Part shown: positions 24,958 to 38,076 of the stretch, piece after piece | Layout: each line of letters opens with the position of its first letter | Numbering within the stretch: the stretch's first letter is position 1 | Assembly: GCF_006345805.1 (NCBI RefSeq) | Contig: NC_043012.1 | Location: 34,410,001 to 34,474,000 of the forward strand | From: Octopus sinensis | Taxonomy: Eukaryota | Direction: 5' to 3' | Length of the DNA: 64,000 nt | The notes under the pieces: model-generated | The model's database searches: none | Seen by the model: the letters and a program-made list of their open reading frames with translations, nothing else | What the model was told of the DNA's origin: nothing | Translations under genes and position numbers: made by a program

Positions 24958-25354
24958 ACTCTTTTACTCTTTTACTTGTTTCAGTCATTTGACTGTGGCC
25001 ATGCTGGAGCACCGCCTTTAGACGAGCAAATCGACCCCAGGATTTATTCTTTGCTGAACCGCTAAGTTACGGGGACGTAAACACACCAGCATCGGTTGTC
25101 AAGCGATGTTGGGGGGAGGGACAAACACAGAGACACAAACACAGACACACACACACACACCACACACAAACACACACACACACATATATACACATACGAC
25201 GGGCTACTTTTAGTTTCCGTCTACCAAATCCACTCACAAGGCTCTGGTCGGCCCGAGGCTTTAGTAGAAGACACTTGCCCAAGATGCCACGCAATGGGGC
25301 TGAACCCAGAACCATGTGGTTGGTAAGCAAGCTACTTACCACACAGCCACTCCT
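24958..25354 (-). mobile_element. Near full-length CORE-type tRNA SINE
   Basis: Same family as 17173-17675, with an internal deletion near 25055. Confidence 0.92.
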
Positions 25355-25358
25355 ACGC

Positions 25359-25471
<113 letters not shown>

Positions 25472-25699
25472 CTTGTCTGTCCGTCTCTCCGCCTCTCTGT
25501 CTGTCTGTCTATCTGTCCGTCTGTCCGTCTGTCCGTCTCTCTGTCTATCTGTCTGTATATATGCATATATGTATGATGACGATGTTGTTCCTCTATCCCT
25601 ACTTCCTTCATATTTATTGAGCACTCCAGGTACTCACTTTGCACAAAAAATACGACTACAAGTTTTATTCAAATATCCAGATGCTTGTATGGAGGTATG

Positions 25700-25768
<69 letters not shown>

Positions 25769-26150
25769 CACACAAACACACACACACACACACACACATT
25801 TACACATGTGCAAGGAAAAGACAGACGAAAATAAGTGGCGCTAAATGTTAAAATCAATGAATATATTCTACCTGCGAGTATGTATTTATTGCAACATGTA
25901 GCTTGATTTTATTTTCACGCCCCACTCTCTCTCCCCCATACTATATACATATGTGTGTGTATATGTATGTATGTATGTATATGTGTGTATATATATAGTG
26001 TTTGTGTTTGTATTTTACACCAAAATTCGTTGTTTTTCTAGTCTTATTGAGCACTGTAGCTAATTGCTTTACACAAAAGAGAAATCTTTGGTATAACTGC
26101 GAAAAAATTATTCTTGTAATTTCTATAACACACACATATGTATGTCTGTT

Positions 26151-26235
<85 letters not shown>

Positions 26236-26302
26236 CATATATCTATATCTCTATCCATCTATCTATCTATCCATCCATCCATCATCTATCTGTCTGTCTG
26301 TA

Positions 26303-26337
<35 letters not shown>

Positions 26338-27029
26338 ATCTATCTATCTATCTGTCTGTCTGTCTGTCTATATATCTATCTACCTATCTATCTATGCATG
26401 CGTATATACATACATATTTACACATATAAAGATAATACTCACACACGCATACACACACATATATCTGCCTACACACACACACACACACATATACATACAT
26501 ACATGTTCATACATATATATACTACATTCTACACGCAGGCATTCACACATATATAATTGTCCATGTGAGTGAGTGAGTGTCGGTGCGTGTGTGAATGTGT
26601 ATCTACATATATTGAAACAATATTGTTATGAAAGCATTTTCAGTCAGACTCCTTTTCCGTACAATCTCTGCATTTATCATTTCCGTTTATTCTAAACCAG
26701 TTTCTCAGCAATGATACCAAATTAATGAAATAATAATGTTTGCGAGCATTTGCCAAACAGCCTGAAGGAATGTTAGAAATGAGATTTGTGTTTTGGAAGA
26801 ACTTATTCGAATACCTACTTAGCGAATTTTATTTAGTGAGCGAAGATTCCCTGATTCTCTTCTATAATAAGTTAAAAATATTTTACCATTACTTAAGTCG
26901 TTTTTCCAGATTATTCACTGTTGAACGAGTTGGCAAATTTACAAATAATTTTTTTCTATATTTTGGGTTTATTTTGAGAAAAAAACACGAAAAGAAACAG
27001 AAGATAATAAACCTCTACAAATGTCTCAC

Positions 27030-27097
<68 letters not shown>

Positions 27098-27630
27098 CAC
27101 ACACACACACACACACAGACTGACTTCAACATTGCAAACCAGCAAATTGTTAATTTTACGGTGATCAGTGTTTCTTGCAGATAATGATGTATCGTTGTCT
27201 CTGGACAGGACACTCAATGCCGTACGCCTCGCTTCATCTTGTCGGGTGGGGAAAGGGTAGCATATGACCAAGTATAGGAACGTCCCTGCTCCTGCTCAAG
27301 AGTCTTAAATGTAAAGGAAATCCGTGTGCCATTAGCGCACAGCTACAGAATCTTGTGCAAACATAAATGTAATGAGATCCAGTAACAGGATATTTACTAT
27401 TGTACGCACGCGCTCACACACACAGACACATACACACACACAATAATCTATTTATATACACCCTGTATAAATAAATTACATATCAATTTCATCCTGGATA
27501 CATGTATTTCTGACATGTATGTTCATCATCGAGGAAGAGAAGTTTTATTATGGCAGTTATATTCATGCACTACTTGGGTTGTACCATGTTCCCAGAAGTT
27601 ACCAACCAAGAACCAATAGATTCTATGAAT

Positions 27631-29280
27631 ACCTATTTCTTTACTACCCACAAGGGGCTCAACACAGAGAGGACAAACAAGAACAGACAAACGGATTAAG
27701 TCGATTACATCGACCCCACTGCGTAACTGGTACTTAATTTATCGACCCTGAAAGGATGAAAGACAAAGTCGACCTTGGCGGAATTTGAACTCAGAACGTA
27801 AAGTCATGCGAAATACCTGTTTCTTTACTACCCACAAGGGGCTCAACACAGAGGGGACAAACAAGGACAGACAAACGGATTAAGTCGATTATATCAACCC
27901 CAGTGCGTAACTGGTACTTATTTAATCGACCCCGAAAGGATGAAGGCAAAGTCGACTTCGGCGGAATTTGAACTCAGAACGTAACGGCAGACGAAATACC
28001 TATTTCTTTTACTACCCACATGGGGAAAAACATAGAGGGGACAAACAAGGACAGACAAACAGATTAAGTCGATTATATCGACCCCAGTGCATAACTGGTA
28101 CTTATTTAATCGACCCCTTTTCCTTTTCCTTTATCTTGACTCCCGTACCAAACGACCAAATCACATCAATTACAATACTTAAATTTCTTCTTCGTATCAA
28201 CGACTGTATTATCTGACTTATTGTGTTCTATACTCTATTCGGTTTCTATTAAAAAGTCCCATAACAATTTCACACAAATTTCTTTCTTCGAATTCCACAA
28301 AATGGCCATAGTTCTTTTCTGCGCATGCAAAGCTAAATGCCTATTTCTTTACTACCCACAAGGGGCCACACACAGAGGGGATTAAGTCGATTACATCGAC
28401 CCTAGTGCGAAACTGGTACTTTATTTATCGACTCCGAAAGGATGAAAGGCAAAGTCGACCTCGGTGGAATTTGAACTCAGAACGTAACGGCAGACGAAAT
28501 ACCTATTTCTTTACTACCAACAAGGGGCTAAACACAGAGGGGACAAACAAGGACAGATAAACGGGTTAAGTCAATTATATCGACCCCAGTGCGTAACTGG
28601 TATTTATTTAATCGACCCCGAAAGGATGAAAGGCAAAGTCAACCTCGGCGGAATTTGAACTCAGAACGTAACGGCAGACGAAATACATATTTCATTTACT
28701 ACCCACAAGGGGCTAAACACAGAGGGAACAAACATGGACAGACATAGATATTAAGTCAATTACATCGACCCCAGTGCGTAACTGGTACTTATTTAATCGA
28801 CCCTGAAAGGATGAAGGCAAAGTCGACTTCGGCGGAATTTGAACTCAGAACGTAACGGCAGACGAATACCTATTTCTTTACTACCACAAGGGGCTAAACA
28901 CAGAGGGGACAAACATGGACAGACATAGATATTAAGTCAATTACATCGACCCCAGTGCGTAACTGGTACTTATTTAATCGACCCTGAAAGGATGAAGGCA
29001 AAGTCGACTTCGGCGGAATTTGAACTCAGAACGTAACGGCAGACGAAATACCTATTTCTTTTACTACCCACAAGGGGCTAAACACAGAGAGGACAAACAA
29101 GGACAGACAAACGGATTAAGTCGATTATATCGACCTCAGTGCGTAACTGGTACTTATTTAATCGACCCTGAAAGGATGAAAGGCAAAGTCGACTTCGGCA
29201 GAATTTGAACTCAGAACGTAACGGCAGACGAAATACCGCAAAGCATTTCGCCCGGCGTGCTAACGTTTCTGTCTCCGCCT
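27631..29280 (-). mobile_element. Tandem array of 8 SINE units (~183 bp), interrupted by a LINE fragment
   Basis: Unit boundaries on + at 27631, 27815, 27998, ~28341, 28501, 28685, 28868 and 29050; only the unit ending at 29280 retains the head. Confidence 0.93.
28117..28341 (-). mobile_element. 225-bp RLE-LINE fragment inside the SINE array
   Basis: Reverse complement of 53825-54047 with about a dozen differences; encodes KLLWDFLIETE*SIEHNK. Confidence 0.9.
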
Positions 29281-30049
29281 TTAATTGTGCTGGTATTCTA
29301 TGAATACCATCACTCACAATATATTATGGAACTCCTCGTGGAGAAGCTTTTTTACTCCGACATTGAAAGTCCATGGACTCCAATTCAGAGTTCCAAATTT
29401 CTACTCACTTCCTAATTCGAATATCACTCACAAGGATTCAATATAACAACTGAATAGACACAATTTAAATCACTCTATTGTTATTTACTTCGAAACTTCT
29501 GGACTATGTAAATATTTCTAAGGTAACATTTTCAATTTGTTATTCTTATTTTTCATAATTTATGTTCGGTATCGGCAAGAAATCTTGAAATAAACTGAAT
29601 AATGACATACTTATAGACAGACAGACAGACAAGCACATAATACATACATACATACATACATACGTGCGTACGTACGTGCATACATACATGCATACATACA
29701 CAGGTTATTGTATAATCAATATATACATGCAAGTACTTATAATTACAAAAGAACTTTACAAAAATAAGGTGAATAAATAAGTTAGGTGGAGAAGACTATT
29801 GTGTTTAGTAGCTCAGGTGACTGTATCGCATTAGTCACAGTTTATATCTTGAAGCCGGAAATGATGCGTTGTTAGTGAGAACTTTGATACAGTCGGCGTT
29901 CTTACTATCAGTCACCAAAATTTAAAGTTTAGTTACATTCTTAGTCAACTCCATCAGAAATATTTTTATATTTCGATCTTGCCGGAAAATAGCTTGATTG
30001 CTTGATTTCTTAGGCTTGATCGATCACTTGTTGGCTTATGCATTTCCGC

Positions 30050-30085
<36 letters not shown>

Positions 30086-30278
30086 ATTATATATATATAT
30101 ATATATATTTGTGTGTGTGTGTGTGTTTGTGCGTGTGTGTGCGTGTATATGTATGTATATAAGAAATAATTAAGATTCACTTGAATAAGGTACTTAAGTT
30201 GATGCCAGTCCGGTATTATCCGCACAGCTCGAAGCAAGGTGAATAAAATCAAAATAAGCAACAGGATATCAAGTAATA

Positions 30279-30366
30279 ATGCAGTACGACCGTTTCAAGC
30301 GGCTTCATTTAATTGAACAATGCAATCATTACATCAATTTAAATACAGTGCTATCTTCAGCTGCAT
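30279..30366 (-). ncRNA. Type I hammerhead ribozyme motif with a complete core (family B, element ~30150-30440)
   Basis: Minus strand ATGCAG-CTGAAGA(30360-30354)-TAGC...GCTT-GAAAC-GGTC-GTA-CTGCAT. Helix I of 6 bp; helix III loop one base from palindromic. Confidence 0.75.
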
Positions 30367-30525
30367 AAAAAGTATATAAATGGAATTTCAACAGGCAGGA
30401 TACATTAATATAATTTTTCTTAAATATTTTAAGAGCGTCAGATGGAAGAAATTCATGTTGTCGCTATTGTAGCAACAGTGGTTTATAAAAAAGCAGACTA
30501 CAATTTCTTAGAATAGCATGGAGTA

Positions 30526-31292
30526 TAGTGGGGTCATAGGGTTGTAATTCATTTCCAATTTATTTCTCTCTTAATCTCTTTAGTAGAAGTTTTGAAGAGT
30601 GCAGCTCGATTTTAACCGTTATTTTTTCAAAGCTATAATGGAAGTGACAAGGAAACACAATCGGCATACTTTCCTTTATGAGTTCAATAACGGCAACAAC
30701 ACAACGGAAAGTGCGAAGAATATTAATGCAGTATATGGAGATCTGACAATAAGCACAAGATAGTGTCAACGGTGGTTCCAGAAATTCCGAGCCGGAAACT
30801 ATAGCCTAGAAGACGAGCCTCGTCCTGGAAAATCTGTAGAGTTCGACAAGGACGTCCTTAACCCTGGTGGAACAAAATTCTATCGTAACAGTTGAGGAAC
30901 TAGCAGAGAAGCTTGGTTTTGGTCATTCAACTAGTCATTTAAGTCAGCGCTAGAAGAAAAACGACCATCTTTGGTTTCAAGACGAAAGGTGTTCTTCCAT
31001 CAGGATAATGCTCCGCCACACACTGCGAGAATGACATTTTAAAAGGCTGGAACAGTTTGAATGAGAAATGACGTCCTACCCACCATATCCACCGGACTTT
31101 GCCCCATCTGATTATCAATTATTCAACAGTCTCCAAAATGATTTGGACGTAGGAAATATAAACTCTGTAGACGAGGTCAGAACAGTACTGCAGGAGTATT
31201 TTTCGTCAATTTTGGAATTTTGGAAGAGGTACCCTGCAAATGTACCAGACAGATGGAAGAGCATTGTAGAAAATGAAGGAGAGTATATTTAA
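30526..31292 (+). mobile_element. Internally deleted mariner transposon (transposase pseudogene from 30638)
   Basis: MEVTRKHNRHTFLYEF..CQRWFQKFRAGNYSLEDEPRPG, then a jump to FFHQDNAPPHTA..YPPYPPDFAPSDYQLFNSLQ..RWKSIVENEGEYI. The WVPHEL/TGDEKW middle is missing; element start approximate. Confidence 0.9.
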
Positions 31293-32390
31293 CATTAAAT
31301 CTCTCTCTCCCTCCCCTCTCTGCCACCCCTCTCTCTCCTCTCTCCCTTCCCCCGCTCCCCCTGTCTCCTCTCTCTCCGCCTTTCTGTAATTCTACTGCTA
31401 AAGTTATATTTTAAACTCTCCTCCTCTGCCTTCAACTAACTTTTTAAATCACGCAATAAATATTACGCTCCCCCTAACTCAAGTCACGGACGCTTCTCTT
31501 TCCCTCTTTTTCTTTCTTCCTCTTTCTCTCTCACTCTTCCCCTTATCCTTTTTCTCTCCCCTTTTTCGTTATACTCTCTTTCCCTTCAACTAATCAAGTG
31601 AAAGCCTTACAATTACATTCCCTATACCTCACATCATGGACGCTTCGTTCTTCCTCTTTTTCTCCTTCCCTTTTTTATTCCTCCCTTTTTTCTATAATCA
31701 CGTGAAAGCATTACCGACGGGCTAAGTAACGCAATGACAAGCAGAATTATTATAAGATTTATACAGATGTATATATGTTATAACTTTTCATTAGATATAC
31801 CACTTTAGGCTTGCCTACTCCATATTAAAAAGCACGCGATCTTGATCGACTAATGGAGGCTTGGCATCTACAGGCCATCTTAAATTTGTCTCATTTCTTG
31901 TAACTTGATTTCGACATTTCTGAGGAGCTAGGTTCGCTCTTAATGTAAACAAAACTTTAAGTTGCACGGAGCCGAGTAGAACTATTGTTAAATTATACAT
32001 GTATACATACAAACACACACATATATTACGCGATATATTATATATATGTATTGTATATTATATATATTTATATTATTTATTACAAAATAACAGCAGTTAG
32101 TGAATATATTCTTAAGGTCAATTTTTAGTCATTCGAGAGCAATTCTAGGCTTCATCACTTATACCGTTCGCAACCAAATTGAATGCGGCTTTTTTTTAGC
32201 AATGATGGGTCAGTCCTAAGTTACAGTTTGAGATAAAATAAATCAAATTTTGTTCATTAGACAAAGGTTAGGTTAAAATATGTGAAGACAAAATGGAAGA
32301 GTAAAGTGAAATATTGACTTTTGAATCAAAAGGAAAGTATAGATGAATTGGGTGTAAAAGAATGTGCTCATTTTGAAGAAACTTGTGGTG

Positions 32391-32761
32391 AAAAAGCAGA
32401 CTACAATTTCTTAGAATAGCATGGAGTATAGTGGGGTCATAGGGTTGTAATTCATTTCCAATTTATTTCTCTCTTAATCTCTTTAGTAGAAGTTTTGAAG
32501 AGTGCAGCTCGATTTTAACCGTTATTTTTTCAAAGCTATAATGGAAGTGACAAGGAAACACAATCGGCATACTTTCCTTTATGAGTTCAATAACGGCAAC
32601 AACACAACGGAAAGTGCGAAGAATATTAATGCAGTATATGGAGATCTGACAATAAGCACAAGATAGTGTCAACGGTGGTTCCAGAAATTCCGAGCCGGAA
32701 ACTATAGCCTAGAAGACGAGCCTCGTCCTGGAAAATCTGTAGAGTTCGACAAGGACGTCCT
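32391..32761 (+). repeat. Exact 371-bp copy of 30488-30858 (flank plus mariner 5' part)
   Basis: No differences seen by eye; offset 1903 bp, consistent with the identical ORFs 30560..30769 and 32463..32672. Confidence 0.92.
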
Positions 32762-33429
32762 CATCAAAATATTAACTATGAGAAAAAGCAGAGTTTCTTT
32801 AAGTGCCGACAAAAATGATAACGAACTCCCAAATTAATTTGGAAACAAAATCTCTCAACTAGTGTAAAAAGAAAACTGCATAATAGTTGCATTGAAATGG
32901 AAGGGCTCTATGAGAGGAATCTTATGGTGAAAACCTTGTCAAAAAATATTAGCTACAAAAAAGTAGTGTAGCTTTAAGTGACTAAAAAAAGGATCATCTT
33001 GATAAAACAAAATATTTTTCATTAATGTAAGTTGCTTAGCAATGTAAAAGACGGTATCTAATGTCAGCGGTCACTTAACATAATGGTGCCGAGCGTTTAT
33101 CCGGACTTTGAGAGGTACAAGATTCGATTCCTTCGAGTTTTCTAAGGGTATCTACCCGATCTTCAAAGCTATTCTGCATTCAAGATTTCCTTTATTTTCT
33201 GTAAAATACCATCTCACTCAGCGATTCAATGTTTATTAATAAAAGTATATCATTCACCTGCTAGTGTGAGTGAATATATCCGTAAGGTCAAAGTTTTGTC
33301 AGTTCACCAATTCAGTTCTACTTGTTTAAGTTAACATTTTTGATTTTAAATTTTCTTTGAATTAAACTAAAACGCTTCTTGCTTTTAGTATTACTATGAT
33401 AAAAAATATTAATGTAAATATAATTAATT

Positions 33430-35060
33430 ATAATAATAGAAGCGTTGCCTGGAAAAAGTAGATTAAAATAAAAATGTGGATGTAGAATGCTTGAATATTC
33501 TTAAGTATTGAACCTGGAAATGTACAGGGCAAGCTGTAATTAAGCCTGGGAAAGTACAGGACAAGAAAAAAAAACTTAAAATACTGCTGTTGAAGTTAGA
33601 ATTTAATAATTAAAATAAAAAACCTGCCCTTTTATATTTTATATTTTTACACAAAAGTTTAAATTAAAATACTCAAAAAGCCATTAATTTTCAATTAATG
33701 AAAAGAAACACTGCCTGAAAGTTTACAAATTAAGAATTTAATTTTACAAATTTAGTGCCTTAAATATTTTAAAGAATTACATGATAGCAATTTAAATCAA
33801 AATTACTATCATGTTTTTTTATTATCATGTTTTTTAAAAAATGTTACTCTGATTGTAAATAGAAAATACTTTGTCATCTGATAACGCAAACTTTACAAAA
33901 AATAATTCTTTTGTCTCTTTAAAAAATTTTCTTACTATTTTTAATTCTTATTCTTGAATTACATATATTCTAAATGAATTTAATTTTAGCACAAATATCT
34001 GTGATTTAAAGTTTTGGATGATGAGTTTTGTTAAGAAAATAAAATTGAAAAATAATATAATACTGAAAATAAGACAGAAATGTTTTAGTTTAATAGAAAT
34101 AGATTTATAAATCAAAAATATTACTTAAATTTTTAAAAATTGCAATAGAAAGCAAAAAATTTTAAAACAAACTGCATACACTATTTGGCGAACAGTTTCA
34201 GAAATATATTACAAAGAAAAATGCAAGTAAGAGAAATAATATTCTTAAGATTATAAACCTGGAAAAGTACAGGACAAGTTATTGCACTTGGAAAAGTTCA
34301 GAAAAATTTTACTTAAAATATTGCAGGTAAGGATAAAAATTTAAATAAAATATTTAGATTTAGAAAATATTAGCTTTTATTAAAACTAAAAATTTATTAC
34401 AAGTTATTACTTCTATTTCTTATTACTTGTTACTTCCGTTAAGAATAAAAAATAACTTAATTAAAATATTTTCTGCACATTAAAAAAATTCATTTTCTTT
34501 ATTATTAATCAATAATTAGAAATTTGAAAATAGGTTATAAAAATAATAGTAGTACATAGTTAGTACAATAAATAGAATAATACAAAAAATAGTTATATGC
34601 TACAGTAAAAGCTACCTATTACAACAAAATCACAGAAAAATTTGCTTGAGTTTTTGCTTAAGTTATTGCCAAGACTTCACATTTTTAGTCTTGACCCAAT
34701 GCCTATTTTTTCATAATGAATTTACCTACTTTGCATAAAACTTTAGATATTCACACTTTTGGTTCTCATTTTTTAAGTATTCTAAGCGTGTCAATATTTT
34801 AACAAAAGGATGGTACCTTTTTTTGATTATAATGTTACTTTGAAAAATCAAAATCAAATAATTTTTACTATTCAAATTTTATCCTTAGCTGCAAGTAAAT
34901 TTTTTAGTAAAACTTTTTTTGTTCTGTACTTTACCAGATGTCATAACTTGTCCTGAAATTTTCCAAGTGTAATAACATGTCTTGTACTTTTCCAGGTTTA
35001 TAATCTTTAGAATATTATTTCCCTTGCTCGCATTTTTCTATGTAATCCATATTGTTTCCA
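33430..35060. repeat. Very AT-rich segment with three homologous modules (two direct, one inverted) built of CCTGGAAAAGTACAGGACAAG subrepeats
   Basis: Modules at ~33493-33595 (+), 34201-34342 (+) and 34874-35058 (-). Confidence 0.7.
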
Positions 35061-35449
35061 GGCTATGCTGTTATGCTAATTAATAATGTGTCAATTAATA
35101 ATTTAAGAGTTTACCTTATTGAAAATTGAATAATAAATGTAAAAAAATTTTAAATAATATATCATTTTTTTCATTTTTGTGATTGAATTATAATTATTAT
35201 TGAATTAAAATAAAGTTTTAATCTAAAGAAATAAAAATAAGATTAGTAATTCCTCGATTTAAAAAGTATCAATTAAGCTTAATTAAAATATATTCTGTTT
35301 CTCGTCTCAGATATTACGGAACTCAGTTTACATTATTAACTAATTATTAACTAATAGCAATGATCTAGCATATAAAGTTACTAGTGTGGCTTTGTACTGA
35401 GTAAAAATTAATTTTTTTTTATCAACGATCGTCTATCTACTAAGTCACT

Positions 35450-36330
35450 TGCAATGAGTGTTGTACTCCAAGGCACAGTCCTAGGAACACAGTTATTCAT
35501 CCTCACACTGCCAGGTCTAGGTTTACAGATCCTCCCAGACAAGCTAACTAGTTATGAAAACTGCCATATGCGATGGATATGAAAACTGCAGAAGACGTCG
35601 ACGCACTTTAGAAATACCTAAACCCGCTCTATCGATGGACAGATGAAAATATAAAATTTAATGTATCGAAATTTCATGTTCTTAAATACGGAGTGGATAG
35701 ACGCGCAGTAAAAATTATTTGACAGCATATGATATAACAATAATTGAAAGATACGATACGAAACTTAAGAATTATTATGTCAAAAGGTACATTTTTCCAC
35801 AGACATATTAACAAACAAAACACTGTATGCAGACATCTCACAGAATGGGTCTTACGAACCTTCATCACAAGAAACAGTTGTGCTCACCTTGAAGGAAACT
35901 TCGGCTTTCAGTTGATTAGATTGCTGTTTATAGCTTTGGTCTCCAAACACTCGAACTTACTGGGGGTTTACAAAGAACATTCTTCAATAAAATGACGTCT
36001 GTTAAAAACCTTAATTACTAGGAGCCTCTTAGAGTACTACATCTCTATTCACTTGAACAACACAGAGAAAAATACTTTGCTATTTATTCCTGGAAGTTAC
36101 TGAAAGGTCATGTCCCAAAATGTTGATTTTATGAGAAATTTAATGCACGAACTGTGGATACTACCAGCTTCCATAAAATACCACCTCAATCGAGAACAAA
36201 GGTATTTTCATTGTTATACGCCCTCAAGTGTCTAAGTGCCTACCGAAGAAATCATCAGAGTATAACTTTAATTAATTTTAATGTCTTCGCTAACCAAATT
36301 CAGTTAATTCTGACTTCACAATTTCTTTTT
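35450..36330 (+). mobile_element. Decayed CR1/L2-group LINE RT and C-terminal fragment
   Basis: QGTVLGTQLFIL, EDVDAL*KYLNPLYRWTDENIKFNVSKFHVLKYG, EWVLRTFITRN, LHLYSLEQHREKYFAIYSWKLLKGHVP. Confidence 0.8.
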
Positions 36331-37702
36331 CATGCAGAACGTTTCCTGGGTACTTTTTCCACACGTCCTTCAATAAACTATACATCGCTCATAGACTATA
36401 AGCTACACGGTGCTCTATAGACTATGAGTAAATATGAAGAATTCGACAGGTGGAGTGGGGTGCAGATCTTGCTCTGATTTCCTTTTATATTCTTCTTTTA
36501 TCTTAGATCAGAGAATGTGTTAAAGATTTCTAGATTAATTAATTTGTAAATCATTCCACTAAGTATTTCAGTACATTTCTGCCTCAAATTTCTCTGAAAC
36601 CAATTTGATTCCAGTACATTCGGAATTCTCTGCTGAGAGATACAATTCCTTTTTCCTTCTTCAAGAGGACACACACATGCACACACATTACATATATATT
36701 TACATACATATATACACACATGTACATACATATGCAGATACACAGATGCCCTCATATATACGCACATCATAATAATCATTTATGTATGCATACATGCACA
36801 CATATACTCAAGACTTACATATATCAACATATATTGACTTGTATGCTCATATCCGTACATACTCACATGCAGAAACACGTCATAGACTCTCACAAACCCA
36901 TCCGCACATAGAGATATGCACACACACACACGCACACACACACACACACACACACGTACACACACACAATGATGTGCACATATATACACGTATACCACAC
37001 ATGGACATACAGGCACTCCCCACCCAACAATAAAAACACTAACAAAACTGTTTCTTTTCCTCTGAATAACTTTTTTTTTCCTTCTTTCCTTAAAATTCCA
37101 TAAATTTTATTTTAACAACCAACCATTTTTATTTTCTCGATTCCTTCCCCAACTTTTTCTTTTTACTCAATTTTCAGAGAAATCACCTATTTTCCATTTT
37201 GATTATCCAACTCTTTTCACATTTTTCTGCTTTCTTTCTCCTATTTTCTCTCTCCTTCATTCTCTAAATCTCTTCATTTTCTTTCAGCTGCCTCACTGTT
37301 TTCTGGTTGTCTTTCACGCATTATTTCATTCTTTTTATCTAGTTTTGTTTTTACCATCGGTTATAAAATGAAAAACAAAACAAAAAATACTCCTATTTTA
37401 TTTCGTTTCCATTATTTTGGCTTCTAATTCCTCGCCATTTCTTCTCAATTTCCAAACCCATTCAACCCATTTTCTTTGATATTCTCTTTTTTTTCTATAC
37501 TCCTCAATTTCGCCTTTAAATTATTCTCTATCTTTCGTCGTATCATTTCACTCTTACTCTCTCTCTCTCTCTCACCCGCTTTCTCTCTTCATACATACAT
37601 ACATACATACATACATACATACATACATACATGCAAGCATACATTTATAAATACATACCTATACACACATATACATAGATATATGTATATATATATATAT
37701 AT

Positions 37703-38014
37703 ATCACGTGATCACGTGATCGACCAATCTATCAGATGTTGCAAACACATCGCTGGTCACAATGAGCTTCGCATTATTTTAGCCTTCAAATGACGCCACC
37801 CCGCTAGCTAAGCGAGCAGGCCACCAGAAGAAAGAGTGAGAGAGTTGCGGCGAAAGAGTACAGCAGGGGGTCGCCACCACCCCCTGTCGGAGCCTCGTGG
37901 AGCTTTTAGGTGTTTTCGCTTAATAAACACCCACAACGCCCGGTCAGGGAATCGAAACCGCGATCCTACGACCGCGAGTCCGCTGCCCTAACAACTGGGC
38001 CATTGCGCCTCCAC
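37703..38014 (-). mobile_element. tRNA-derived SINE (GGAGGCGCAATGGCC-head family)
   Basis: Minus head GTGGAGGCGCAATGGCCCAGTTGTTAGGGCAGCGGACTCGCGGTCGTAGGATCGCGGTTTCGATTCC; related to 44630-45042 and 49735-50004. Confidence 0.88.
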
Positions 38015-38026
38015 ACACACACACAC

Positions 38027-38059
<33 letters not shown>

Positions 38060-38076
38060 CATATATGAGCGTATGT

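Noticed and set aside
27120-27300. Possible small exon (TTTCTTGCAG acceptor on +, or open frame DEARRTALSVLSRD on -)
   Set aside because: Short, weak donors, no recognisable homology; cannot be supported without RNA data.
27631-29280. SINE array as a CRISPR array or as a ribozyme-bearing retrozyme tandem
   Set aside because: The units are wholly repeated with no unique spacers and no cas genes, and I found no CUGANGA/GAAA core on either strand of the unit.
33200-35400. Possible mitochondrial insertion (NUMT), suggested by the extreme AT content
   Set aside because: No recognisable mitochondrial ORF, rRNA or foldable tRNA; the repeat modules explain the structure better.
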